A stretch of 63,591 nucleotides of DNA, counting the filler, from Octopus bimaculoides (Eukaryota): NCBI RefSeq assembly GCF_001194135.2. It is 10 parts of 9 records of this genome, joined end to end, with 100 filler letters (N's around TTAATTAATTAA, not from the genome) between each part and the next. Parts side by side here need not be neighbours in the genome. Positions count along the whole stretch, not along the records: positions 24,286 to 29,426 come from NC_069000.1; positions 29,527 to 37,226 come from NC_068999.1; 8 more parts are not named here. One strand, 5' to 3'. The notes beneath the pieces are model-generated. The model saw only the letters and a program-made list of their open reading frames with translations. It was not told the DNA's origin and did no database searches. The stretch's first letter is position 1. The number at the start of each line of letters is the position of its first letter. This document shows positions 24,832 to 37,225 of this stretch, piece by piece. The position numbers and the translations under genes were made by a program.

Positions 24832-25439
24832 TTGTTTAATGAGAGAGATGGAAGATATGAGAATATTTATTAATCACTGCAATTGTTTTGACCCGTCTAG
24901 CATCGATCCCTCGTGGGTGGGATGCTTAACAACTGGTTCAGGAGCATCCATTGGTGTAGATGTGTCTCTTTGGGTGATAATTAGATATAACTTGTTTAAA
25001 TAACCACTGTTTTGCAAAGTATCTTCTTGGTTCATGTAAAGAAAGGCACCAAATTAAAGGATATAATTTCATTATATAGAAGATCAATAATAAGAAATTA
25101 CAGATACTAAAAAGAAATGAATACATAATACAATGAAAATGTATTAAATATAACTGTTAATGGATATGGATATATAAACGCCTTCACGTAGGTTGTATGG
25201 CACATGTACACTCGCTAATACAAACATCCACAAAGATGTAAGCATATGCATACGTGCGGTTGGTGCACATACATTCACATAGCAAAATGAATAGCTACTT
25301 GGTGTTTATAAGAATGGGTAAGTTAGAGCTAAATTTAATTAATCAATATTTTAAGGTGAAATATGGTTATTAACTAAGTTAACAGTTACTCAAATTCACT
25401 CTCACTGTATTGTGCAAATGTGCATTTATATGCATGTAA

Positions 25440-26350
25440 GCATTTTGAGAGTCTTTCAGAAATTCTATTAATGATCTTCTCATTGGTCCACAGAATAGAC
25501 AAGGATTGCTTGGAGCAGTGTCGGCATCTGGAAATTATATTATTTGGTTTCGCTTACCTTTCTATGAACCAAGTTATGTTATACTTAATTTTATCTTCTT
25601 TAAGTCGCCACACAAAATCGACCAAAGATGTTGAATATCACTTGTTGATTTTCTTGAAGCTGGCAACATAGTTGTGATAACTATTCTTGAATGAATCAGC
25701 CATTGTCCCAATGTAAACATATGGTCCTCTCCTTGTGTGTATGGTACATTTATATACAAGATTTGTACTCATACAGAAGTTCATCAATGAGCATCTTGAT
25801 TTTTCTCTGTATCAGCATTTATTAGATTTGTTTGTATATATGGCAGTTCTAACTTCATTTTTCAACATTGTTACCATTTTAACTAGATCGCTATTATTGC
25901 TACTGTCACAATGTGACCATATCGGGTTTTTTTTCATTGTGGTTTACCTTTCTTGGTATTTTGACGTATATGTTTGCTAGTTCCAGTTGGTAAGTTATTG
26001 AACTGTTGTTTCATTTTACTATTATTAATGTAGTGCATATGCCGCTCTAAGTTAATAGAGTTAGCATAAAATACCTTCATTGTGTGTCTATTAAAAATAG
26101 CATGGCATCTGTTTGATTTTTGGGAAACATTTGTCTAAAGCCGCAAAAATTCCCTAGCAGTCTTTGTTGAAACATGTGAACTGTAGACTGGGTTGTACCA
26201 GACAACATCATGATTCTTATATTTGCTGTTTGGCTTATCATTTCTTGTGTGTTATACAAGGGGACAATTTATTGTGTTATGAGCAGTAGAATTATTATGT
26301 TGTGTGTGTCTGAACTTTGGTTTGTAGTTTATTGCCTTGCTTTATTAATA
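25440..26350 (-). mobile_element. Decayed Penelope-like element (Neptune-like): linker plus GIY-YIG endonuclease
   Basis: KYKNHDVVWYNPVYSSHVSTKTAREFL..LDKCFPK...NRHTMKV, then CSLMNFCMSTNLVYKCTIHTRRGPYVYIGTMADSFK...STSLVDFVWRLKEDKIKYNITW...CRHC. Confidence 0.88.
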
Positions 26351-27949
26351 TCATTATTATTTTAGTGTCCTTTGGCTGAAATCTTTTGTCACACATCATG
26401 TCATCTCTTTAGCAACTCTAAAGTAAGAATAAAGGACACTAAAATAATAATAATAATAAAGTTGAAGTGAAGACTAAGTATACAGTACACGTTAATTGGC
26501 AAAAAATATGACCATCCACAAATATAACGTCACACACACACATACCAGATGTATGAATGTGTGGATGTGAGTGCATTATTGGTTGTATGGGTGTGCATGT
26601 ATGTATGGATGTATGTGCGTTATTACTTGCTACATGCGCATGCATGCATGCATGAATGCACTTAGGATATGGGTATGGGTGTGTGTAGATAAGTATGTAC
26701 ATTCTTGCATTTGTGTGTGAACATGAGTGCATATGTGTGTGTGTGTATGTTTGGAAGAGCATATATGGTTGCACGTGTGTGCGTATGCTTTTGTTATTTA
26801 TGTGTGTGGGAGTGGCAGATGTATGCTAGTGTGGCAAGTGTTGTGTTTATGTATTTGCACACGTGTCTATATGTGCATGTGTGTGCATGGACATGTGTAG
26901 GAGAGTTTGTGTGTGTGTGTGTGGGGGGGGAGCATGTTGGGGCTGTGTGCTTTGCTCATCATCCTTTGAATTTTAAGAAGTTCTTGCAGATTTTTATAAT
27001 CTCAGTCATTTGTAGTGTATGAATTAAGGAGTTACACCCTCTCCCCAAGAATCCAAGTTTATCCATTCTTTGCTCTAGACAGGTATGTATGTATGTATAT
27101 ATGTATGTATGTATGCATGTATGCATGCATGCATGTATGTATGTATGTATGGACATATTTATGCAAGCACATATGCTTGCATACACACCTTTCAAGAAGA
27201 ACGTATCTCTATGGAGAATCAGGTAAAAGGTACAGAGTGAAAGCAATTGCAAATGAGAAAAGGAAACCGTCATCCTTCATGACCACCACCACCACCAATG
27301 CTGCCACCACCACCACCACCAACAACAACAACTACTACAACCAAGTACCACCATTGCCACCACTGCAGAGACAGCCATCTCCACTACAACAATAACCATA
27401 ACCGATGATCACAGCTACCATCAATCACTACAACATTTAGGGGAAACAAGTACAACAATAGTATTACTAATGAAGATGAGATATAGATAAGAAGTGTGGT
27501 TTTCCATTAATTAATTAAAAAAGAAAAACAAGAGAAAATCCTGACTGCTGAGTCATTGACTTGTTACAACTGTACTAAATATTGTCTGTCTATCCATCCA
27601 AGTATCTAATACATAATATATATATTATATATGTATATGTGCGTGTATATAATACACACACACACACACATAAGTAAAAAGTAAAAATCAAAATAGCATG
27701 GATGTATATCTAAAGATTTTTTCTTTTATTTTTTCTTTTAATTGGACAGGATAATTANNNNNNNNNNNNNNNNNNNNNNNNNNNNNNNNNNNNNNNNNNN
27801 NNNNNNNNNNNNNNNNNNNNNNNNNNNNNNNNNNNNNNNNNNNNNNNNNNNNNNNNNNNNNNNNNNNNNNNNNNNNNNNNNNNNNNNNNNNNNNNNNNNN
27901 NNNNNNNNNNNNNNNNNNNNNNNNNNNNNNNNNNNNNNNNNATATATAT

Positions 27950-28090
27950 ATAGTTATCGCCAAGCCAACATGGCAGTCCCAAAATTAGGACGAAAGCTGC
28001 CGTGAATTAGCTCCAAGAAGCCATCGCCTCTAGCTAGCTATGTGACACACGAAACCTGTGTCCTTTAGAGAGACTTAGAAATATTAATAA

Positions 28091-28100
<10 letters not shown>
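27950..28100. repeat. Short (TA)n-flanked dispersed element; an internally deleted copy lies at 52322-52392
   Basis: Both copies share ATAGTTATCGCCAAGCCAACATGGCAGTCCCAAAATTAGGACGA and GAGACTTAGAAATATTAATAACTCT. Confidence 0.8.
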
Positions 28101-28146
<46 letters not shown>

Positions 28147-28264
28147 TTATATATATTGGTTTCTAATTTTGGCACAAGGCCAGTATTTAACTGGTACTTA
28201 TTTTATCAACCCTGAAAGGATAAGTCGACCTTATATATATATATATATATTTGTGTATATTGAA

Positions 28265-28470
28265 AGTTGTCCAGACATTGCACCATCAGATTACCACCTT
28301 TGCCAATCCATAGCTTATTTCTTGCATGGATGGAGGTTCAACAATGTGGATGAGATTGAAAATGGCTGCAAGGGATATTTTGTTTCTAAATCAGCCAAAT
28401 GGCATAAGCATGAAATTGAGCTTCTTGTGCAATGATGGCAACAGATAATAGAATATGATGGGCACCATTT
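28265..28470 (+). mobile_element. mariner (Tc1/mariner) transposase C-terminal fragment
   Basis: SCPDIAPSDYHLCQSIAYFLHGWRFNNVDEIENGCKGYFVSKSAKWHKHEIELLVQ*WQQIIEYDG matches the YSPDLAPSDYHLF motif and the downstream mariner pattern. Confidence 0.88.
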
Positions 28471-28477
28471 AATGTTC

Positions 28478-28625
28478 ATGTCCCATGCAGGTTTGGGTTG
28501 CATGATTTTACAGAGTCTGATGGGTTCAAGGACTGCATTGTGCTCCAGTGTCTGCTTTAGTATGGTTTCAGTGATTGAATGCCCTTCTTAACGCCAACCA
28601 CTTTACAACATGGACTGGGTGATAC
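28478..28625 (-). mobile_element. Diverged RTE 3' UTR copy
   Basis: The reverse strand has AAGTGGTTGGCGTTAAGAAGGGCATTCA...CATGGGA, homologous to the tails at 29690-29850 and 35670-35820. Confidence 0.6.
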
Positions 28626-29141
28626 TTTTCTATGTCAGCTTGCACGACTATGAGCTTCAAGAAGAAAAGTTTATGTTAGGAGATAATGTGCTGAAGTATA
28701 AGAGAAGAGACCAGAGCAGAACAGGTTTCTTGCAGTAGTTGAGCTATATGACTACTCACATTTTAGAGGTGGGCTGATTGAGGTGGAGCTGGAAATGATA
28801 AAAATAGTGATGATGAGGTGTCAGGGTAGACATTCAAGGTATGAGGTGAATGGAAAAGAGTGGGGAAGAGGGGACTAAGAGTGTGGGTGGGTGGAAGTTG
28901 CATGAGAGTATGGGTAGGTGGAAGTTGCATGGGAGTATGGGGAGAGAGGGTGGTGAGTAAGAAGAGAGAACAGACAGCAGGATAGTAATGGTGATTCAGT
29001 AGACAGGAGAAGGACAAAGAGAAATGACATGGTATTGGGTAGGTTGTGAGAGTGGGTGAGAGACAGAGGCAGGCAGAGTGCATGAGGAAGGTGAGAGACA
29101 TATGGAGGAGAAGCAGGAGAGACAATTTATATGTTGAGATA

Positions 29142-29179
<38 letters not shown>

Positions 29180-29526
29180 CAAAGAATATATATACATGTA
29201 TACACACATATATGTACATACTTACATCTACATGTATGATTTATAGATATATTTATATATGATATATATAGAGATAATATACATATGTACATATACATGC
29301 ACACACATACACACACACACATATATATAGATAGACATACAAACAAACATGCATACATACATACACACATATATATATATGTGAGTTCAAAATTCTATAG
29401 AATAGTCATTAGACAGAACGTATATANNNNNNNNNNNNNNNNNNNNNNNNNNNNNNNNNNNNNNNNNNNNTTAATTAATTAANNNNNNNNNNNNNNNNNN
29501 NNNNNNNNNNNNNNNNNNNNNNNNNN

Positions 29527-29850
29527 ATCCTGAGCGTGACCGTTGCCAGTACCGCCTGACTGGCCTTGTAGGGTATTCGAGCGAGATCGTTGCCAGTGCC
29601 CCTGGACTGGCTCTTGTGCGGGTGGCACATAAAAGACACCATTTCAAGTGTGGCCGTTTTCGTGCGGGTGACACGTAAAAGCACCCACTACACTCTCTGA
29701 GTGGTTGGCGTTAGGAAGGGCATCCAGCTGTAGAAACTCTGCCAAATTAGATTGGAGCCTGGTGTTGCCATCCGGTTTTACCAGTCCTCAGTCAAATCGT
29801 CCAACCCATGCTAGCATGGAAAGCGGACGTTAAACGATGATAATGATGAA
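29527..29850 (+). mobile_element. RTE LINE 3' UTR and tail
   Basis: GAGTGGTTGGCGTTAGGAAGGGCATCCAGCTGTAGAAACTCTGCC...CCCATGCTAGCATGGAAAGCGGACGTTAAACGATGA; the same sequence follows RTE coding sequence at 35150-35820. Confidence 0.85.
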
Positions 29851-30924
29851 ACACACCTTTGCTTGCAACACGAAACATTCTCACTCTAAGTCATTGCAGA
29901 CAACCCGTGCAAGTTGTCTCCCTTTACTAGAAAGGGAAATAACTCTTGTTTGCTAACTTCTCTAGTGTATGGAGTAGGTGTATTATTAGTAGAGAATTTT
30001 AAAAAATAGAGTAATTGAGGTCGTCTTAATATGTGACAAAATGAACTCTTAGGTGAAATTTGCAAATTACAGATTTAATTTAGGAGCAAACCTTGTTATA
30101 GCTAACACTGAGAATCAATTTGATATAAGTGGCAGTGTTTAATGAAGGAAATTATAAGTGTGCAACAGAAGACATGTCATTTACAAAAACTTTAAATATC
30201 TCTTAAATATTATTGAACTAATAAAATCATATTCTTGACAAAAAAATTTTATGAGGTCCTAGGAATTGGAAGCAATTCATGTAGTTCCTTGCTGTAAACA
30301 TCAAAACAGTCATAGACTCCTATATCTTAATTAAAATATGGTTGCTTTCACCACCATTATCATCAATGCTTTAACCTTTTTGTTACCAACCTGCCTGAAA
30401 CTACCTCCAGTTCTAGGACACAAATATCCTGCTTTAAAGTCATCTAAATTAAAATCTTCCATCAAAATTTTATGCTAATTTAACTTCCAAGCACCAGCTT
30501 AATAATGGCAAACTTATTTTACTAAATTCTTAATTACTTTAAAAATTAATTGAAACAAAGCCAGAGTATACAGTGATGAAATGGTGAATATCAGTATTGG
30601 TTGGACATAGCTAGTCACTCAATTTCAATCTTTTGACACCTCAATTTTGAACATTCAGTGATTAACCTCATCTCTATTAATTGTATTTTCTCAGTATTCT
30701 TATTCCACAAGTATTCTACACTTGGCACATGACTCTTTTTCACCCAGCACTCATTTCTTTTCACATTTGTAGAAGGTGTGGAAGGACCTGATGAGTATAT
30801 CTATTCTCCATCAGTCTTGACCCCCTACGTCTAATCACTATTACTCTATTAAGGTTAATTTCCCTTGGTAGTTAAATACCCATTTCTGCTTACATCACAC
30901 TAAACTCCACTTGCGAAGACCTAT

Positions 30925-31420
30925 TGAGGCAAGTGTAATCGAAATCGAGTTAAATTCGATGTCTGGCACCCATGCCAACGTCGTCTCCTTCATTGGACAC
31001 GAAACTCAGCTTGCGAAAACTTATTGGGGCAAGCGAAAGCGAAATTGTGATGGCACCTGTGCCCAGCGTCGCCTTTCTGGCACTTGTGCCCGCGGCATGT
31101 GTAAGGACTTTCGAGCGAGATCGTTGCCAGTGCCCCTGGACTGGCTCTTGTGCGGGTGGCACATAAAATACACCATTTCGAGCGTGGCTGTTGCCAGTAC
31201 CGCCTGACTGGCCTTTGTGCCGGTGGCACGTAAAAAGCACCCACTACACTCTCTGAGTGGTTGGCGTTAGGAAGGGCAGCCAGCTGTTGAAACTCTGCCA
31301 AATCAGATTGGAGCCTGGTGTAGCCATCTGGTTTCACTAGTCCTCAGTCAAATCGTCCAACCCATGCTAGCATGGAAAGCGAATGTTAGACGACGATGAT
31401 GATGAGCATCATCATCATGG
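30925..31420 (+). mobile_element. RTE LINE 3' UTR and tail ending in (GAT)n
   Basis: Homologous to 35200-35825. Confidence 0.85.
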
Positions 31421-32229
31421 AGACATCCTCATTCTCAGACAGCCAAGTATCACTAAATTCTTTCTCTCTACCTACTTAATGGAGACAACTTGTATGCCAG
31501 CCACCCCTGATCGCCATTATAGCTTCCTTCACAACTAAGAACCTCTCTAAATCATGGAAACTTTTATTCACAGAGGCTTTAAACTGCCAGCATGCGCTCC
31601 CACAATAGCAAGACCCTTTGTTCTTATATCATAGAGAAGTGGTTGATGTTTCTCAGCTACAGTGCTCATTATCCATCTTGTAAGTCAGATATTCCAAATG
31701 AATCGTTTAGTACATGTAAAGGATTTTGGGTGCTTTTTATGTAGTACCAACCCTAGCAAGGTCACCAAGTAACATGCAAGACAAAAATCTCTTGAGAAGG
31801 TGAGGATATTGGAGGCGGTGGCTTCGTGCTAGCTTATGAGAGGTTAGGGTGTGACATTGAAAGAAGCAGGTGTCTTTTCATAGAGAAGAAACATGGTTAC
31901 TCCCAATCAGAAGCAAGGAGAGAGAAAGCAACAATAAGAGAGATGATGATGTGCTAGGGCATATTCTCACGGTACAAGGATGTGGATATAAATGGAATGG
32001 TTGAAGATTACTCTGGATGTGTGAGTAAGGAGTTCACAAAAGTGCAAAACAAAGGAATTGCAGTGGGTGGTGGAATATGGGCATATTAGAAGGACAGGCA
32101 ACAGGATAGCAATGATACAATTGGCAGGAAGGGGAGAGATAAGCATAGTGCATGAAGAAGAGGAGATTTAGTTTGCTTCATTGGGGTGGAGTGTGTGAAT
32201 TAATGTTACATTGAATACACTGCTTCCAG

Positions 32230-34060
32230 AACTCAGTTTCGCTCAAATGAGCAGTCTTCACAAGAACCTCATATCACCAAACATCTTGGTCCACTGTCGT
32301 CTCCAAGAGGCCCAACATCTTGAGATCAGCCCTCATTACTTAATCCCATGTTTCCTCTTTCAGGTGCCATCCACTTTCGGGGGTCAGTACTTCTTTATAT
32401 AGCTGTCTTCATTCATATGCATTGTGTGTCCAAACCAATGCAATCTTTTCTCTTGCTTGCTACATTTGATAGCCAAGATGGCCAACTTTCCTCCCAGTAT
32501 ATTTGCACATTCCCATCAGAGTGTACTAGCTTAATTCTTCTCTGATCTACACATGTCATCTGCATTCAGGGCCCACATCTTACTATCATGGAGCATAGCC
32601 ATTGGTACACAGACGTCATACAATCTTCCTTTGTCTCTGAGAGAGAGGCCTTTTGTTGCCTCTCTCTCTGGTAATAACTCTCTAAACTTCCTTCATCCTA
32701 TTCTTATTCTAGTAACAATACTTTCGTTTCATTTTCTACCACTGTTAATTTAGTCACTTAGGTAACAGAAACTATCTAAAACCTCAAGGGAGCCTCCTGG
32801 GAATTTGAGCAAATCTAATTCCCATGTGTCTTTAACGCTTATTGTTCCTGCACATCTTCCACATATGAAGACAACTTTTTCTATTAATCTACCTGTGATT
32901 CTACTGCACTTTTTATGTGTCCATAGCTTGCACCAAGTACAATGAATGGAATTTTTTCCACACCTTTATATATTGAGCAGGGCCATTTAACAGATAGAAA
33001 GATTGTCTTATTCACTTACTTGCTAACAACAAGTTTGGTCTTCTCTAGATTAACTCTAAGCCCTTTGTATTCCAGGTTTTGCTTCCTTACCTGGAATTTC
33101 TTCTCCAATTCCACTACAGATTCTGATATGAGTGAAGTCATCAATGTATAGGAGTTCTCGTGGGCAGCCAGTTTTGAATTCCTCCTGGAGGACTATGATG
33201 AATAAGAGGTGACTAAGAACCGAGTCCTGGTGAACCCTTACTTTTACAGTAGATCCGTCACTGTGCTCATCGTTGACTCACCCCCTACTAACAGCATCGC
33301 TATACATGGCTTGTATGACTCTAGCAAACCACTCATCTACTCCTAATTACCTTAGAGACTATCAGATAACAGAGTGAGGGACTGTCAAAAGCTTTCTCCA
33401 GGTTGACAAAAGCCAAGTACAATGGTTTACTTTTTGCCAGACTCTGCAGCTGTCTCACTAGGAAGATGGCATCTATGGTACTCTCCAGGCACAAAACCAA
33501 ACTGCATCTCATCTACTTTAATTCTATTCCTAATCAATTGGGCTATAGTTCTCTCTCTAACTTTCATGACCTGGTCTAGCAGTTTGATACCTCTGCAATT
33601 GTTTCTATCTAAGGCATCACCTTTACCCTTGTAACAATCTTTGGAGATGACCCCTTCCTGGATAACCTGATTAACTATACAAGTGACTTGGCCATATCCT
33701 ACTCCACCAGATATTTTAAATATCTCAGTAGTGATTCTTGATGGTCCAAGGGCTTTCCCTGTCTTCATATCCTTAACTGCCCTATCATACTGCTGTCAAC
33801 TCTGATGGCCAGTCTCTGTTCAGCCTCCTCTTATACATCCATATTTATCAACCTTTCATAGTGGCACTTCCCTGCATCTTTCTTCTGAATCACTAAATGC
33901 AAGCATATCATTATAATGATATACTACTTTGCAACCCAGAATGCCTCATGCCTCTGATCCTCACACTGTAAAACATTGGCAAATCTCTTACTTTCTACTT
34001 TTCCTTTCATTATGTAAACCTGTTGCCTAGCTTCCCTTCTGGCTACCTGATATAATTCTC
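32230..34060 (-). mobile_element. Decayed RTE-clade LINE (RT region through C-terminus)
   Basis: MKTGKALGPSRITTEIFKISGG...CYKGKGDALDRNNCRGIKLLDQVMKV...QFGFVPG, with downstream RTE C-terminal remnants (KGLSLRDKGRLYDVCVPMAMLH). Multiple stops and frameshifts. Confidence 0.88.
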
Positions 34061-34385
34061 AGCAGATGTAAATTTAATTTTGTTTACATGAATAGGATAA
34101 ATATTTTAATACAATACAAAATGTTTTGAAGATAATGCACAAGCAGAAAGAATAAGTGAAATACAGCAAAAATAGGGCAGTAAAATAACACATCAAACTC
34201 AGAATCAATATAAATGGTAAAAACATGTAGTTGAAAATTTAGATGCTATAAAGTATTAGCTTTCTTATAAAGTATCATAGATGAATGGAGTTGTCAGAAA
34301 GTTAGCTAAATATATGGCATGGTGACAAAACAATGTATACAAAGTTTTTTTTTTATTACTTGAGTACCACTGTATATATGTGTAT

Positions 34386-34424
<39 letters not shown>

Positions 34425-34635
34425 AGTGTATGTGTGTCTATATATATTTAAGGCCTTGGTTGGATATAAAGGTGGGATATTTCCAGAGAAGCACTCAATC
34501 TGAGTTCCAGGCCATCAATACTGTCAGATTCCAGACTAATTCCGAAATTCTTCAGGTGTAGAAAATCCTGGTAAAACTGTGAATGTTGTGAAGAGTAAAA
34601 TATAATATATATATATGTGTGTGTATATGAAAGTG

Positions 34636-34666
<31 letters not shown>

Positions 34667-34900
34667 AGGCCGGTGGCTTAGTGGTCAGAGTATTGGACTC
34701 CTAATTGTAAGATTGTGGCTTTGGTTCCTGGATTGGGTAATGTGTTGTGTTCTCAAGTAAAGCACTTCACTTCACATTGCTCCAGTTCACTCAACTGACA
34801 AAAATTAGTAATCCTGCAATAGATCAATGTCTCATCCAGAGGAGGAATATACATGCCACAGAATTTGGAAGTCAGCCTTATGAGTCTATGGTTCAAGAAG
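34667..34900 (+). mobile_element. tRNA-derived SINE (family C-like)
   Basis: GGCCGGTGGCTTAGTGGTCAGAGTATTGGACTC..TTGGTTCCTGG head and central GTGTTGTGTTCTCAAGTAAAGCACTTCACTTCACATTGCTCCAG block. Confidence 0.7.
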
Positions 34901-34925
34901 GATCTTTGTCTTTTGATATTATAGA

Positions 34926-35825
34926 GACAATTGCGCTGGTATGGTCATGTGGCGAGAATGGATGGGGATAGCTGTGTGAAAAAGTGCCATACCCTAGCAG
35001 TTGAGGGAACCTGTGGAAGAGGTAGACCCAAGAAGACCTGAGATGAGGTGGTGAAGCACGACCTTCGGACATTAGGCCTCACTGAGGCAATGACTAGTGA
35101 CCGACACCTTTGGAAATATGCTGTGCGTGAGAAGACCCAGCAAGACAAGTGAGACCATAACCCGTAGCCTTTACCAGGGGTATAGCCAGCCCACTTATGC
35201 ATACTTTTCCTTCATTGGACACAAAACTCTGCTTGCGAAGACCTGTTGGGGCAAGTGAAAGCGAAATCGTGATGGCACCTGTACCAGTGGAGCGCTAAGA
35301 GCACCGTCTGAGTGTGATCACTGCCAGAGCAGCTGTCTGGTTTCTGTGCCGGTGGCACGTAAAAAGCACCATTTGAGCATGATTGTTACCAGCGTCGCCT
35401 TACTGGCACTTGTGCAAGTGACACGTGAACAAAATATTCGAGCGAGGTCATTGCCAGTGCTGCTGGACTGACTCCTGTGCAGGTGGCATGTAAAAAACAT
35501 TATCTGAGCATGGCCGTTGCCAGTGCTGCTGGACTGGCCCTCGTGCCGGTGGCACGTAAAAGCACCCACTACACTTGGAGTGGTTGGCGTNNNNNNNNNN
35601 CATGGCCGTTGCCAGTGCTGCTGGACTGGCCCTCGTGCCGGTGGCACGTAAAAGCACCCACTACACTTGGAGTGGTTGGCGTTAGGAAGGGCATCCAGCT
35701 GTAGAAACTCTGTCAGATCAGATTGGAGCCTGGTGCAGCCATCTGGTTCGCCAGTCCTCATTTAAATCGTCCAACCCATGCTAGCATGGAAAGCGGACGT
35801 GAAACGATGATGATGATGATGATAT
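34926..35825 (+). mobile_element. 5'-truncated RTE LINE: ORF C-terminus, full 3' UTR and (GAT)n tail
   Basis: RQLRWYGHVARMDGDSCVKKCHTLAVEGTCGRGRPKKT*DEVVKHDLRTLGLTEAMTSDRHLWKYAV contains the RWYGHV..M and G.RGRP.K motifs. Confidence 0.9.
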
Positions 35826-36030
35826 TGATTATTGAATGACAAGAGAACAGGAACTATCTCATCAGCCTCATTAGTTTACAGCTGTTTCTGCTATCACAAG
35901 TAGTGCACTCAGAGCTAAGTGCTTACACAGTATCTTATATCTTCCTCAGAGCTATTAAAAAGGAAGTGTATGTTTTATTTGGAAATCCTTTTAGTACATA
36001 GAAATGATTGTCTTCAGAATAATATATGTA

Positions 36031-36591
36031 ATTATATCCTTATCTGTGTGAAGCCATCACATCAGAAGTAGAAAATAGCATTTTCTCAACAATTTGATAC
36101 TTTGAACTTTGACATACATTACATATTAGTCTGTCTCAATAGACTTATATTTAGTCAGGATTTTTATGGTCATGCGTATCTTTTGTTATCTAATTCATAT
36201 ACTTTTCTGTGCTGATATGCTCCTGTTTAAATGTGTATTAACATATTTATATGTATTTCTGTATATGTATATGTAATTCAATAATGCAGTAAAAGTTGAG
36301 AAACCAGATTTAGATAAAAAAATATATATTCACCTAGGCATATAATGAATACACGTGTAACTATTCATACACATACAGAAGTACATATAAATATGTTAAT
36401 ACACATTTTGACAGGAGCATAGCTCAAAAAAGTATATGAATTAGATAACTGAAGATACAGATGACCATAAAAATCCTGACTAAATATAAGTCTATCGAGA
36501 CAGATAGACTAATAAGTCAAAGTATCAAATTGTTGAGAAAATGCTATTTTCTACTTCTGATGTGATGGCTTTATGCACATGAGGAGATAAT
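36031..36591. repeat. Long foldback inverted repeat with ~240 bp arms and a ~65 nt loop
   Basis: AAGCCATCACATCAGAAGTAGAAAATAGCATTTTCTCAACAATTTGATACTTTGA and ATAGACTTATATTTAGTCAGGATTTTTATGGTCAT are exact reverse complements of blocks at 36465-36571. Confidence 0.9.
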
Positions 36592-36766
36592 TTAGGACCG
36601 GACAACTTGTACTACTAGACAAATTGTTGAGATGTTTCTGTGTAAGTCATAAAACTGCTGACAGCTCTCTGTACTCACTCTATCACATTTATTAAGATTG
36701 ACAAAAGACAAGCGAAGACATTGTTTAGCCTGAATGTCTTTGCTTGTCAATAAGTATGTGTGTGTG

Positions 36767-36835
<69 letters not shown>

Positions 36836-36879
36836 ATATATATATGTATATATATATATAGTTCAAAAAAGCAACAACA

Positions 36880-37225
36880 AAAAACAACGCGAGGACGTGA
36901 TACAGATTGTGTTACTAGACTCTCGGGAAAGGAAAGAGAGAGAATATATATATATATATTCATAAATTGAGGATATAATCATTAAAAGGATTATATCAGT
37001 GGCCAGCGTATAAAAAATCACCATATCAGTATATAGTAACCTCGTGGGCATCGGTACCATTTTCCTCTTTCTCCGTTCTTCCATTCTCCGAACTTTCCAT
37101 CTTTCCGACGAAGGGCTACGCCCGAAACGTCCTACACTCTCTCTTTCCTTTCCTGAGCGTCCAATAATACTATCCATATCACGTCCTCACTTTGTTGTTT
37201 TTTTGTTTTTTTGTTATTGTTTTTT
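36880..37225. mobile_element. Short element with inverted ends (36880-36945 and 37137-37225) containing an HHR-like motif
   Basis: GAGGACGTGATA...GGAAAGGAAAGAGAGAG is the inverse of CTCTCTCTTTCCTTTCC...TATCACGTCCTC. The interior is homologous to 58985-59070(-). Confidence 0.75.
37105..37131 (+). ncRNA. Minimal hammerhead ribozyme-like motif with a CCGACGA core
   Basis: CCGACGA-A-GGGC-tac-GCCC-GAAAC-GTC has a perfect 4-bp stem II, a GAAAC core and a palindromic ACGU stem III with a GUC triplet. Stem I is not evident in this copy. Confidence 0.6.

Noticed and set aside
35601-35680. Exact tandem duplications flanking 10-N gaps (also 37758-37787)
   Set aside because: These are typical overlapping contig ends that were not merged; likely assembly artefacts.
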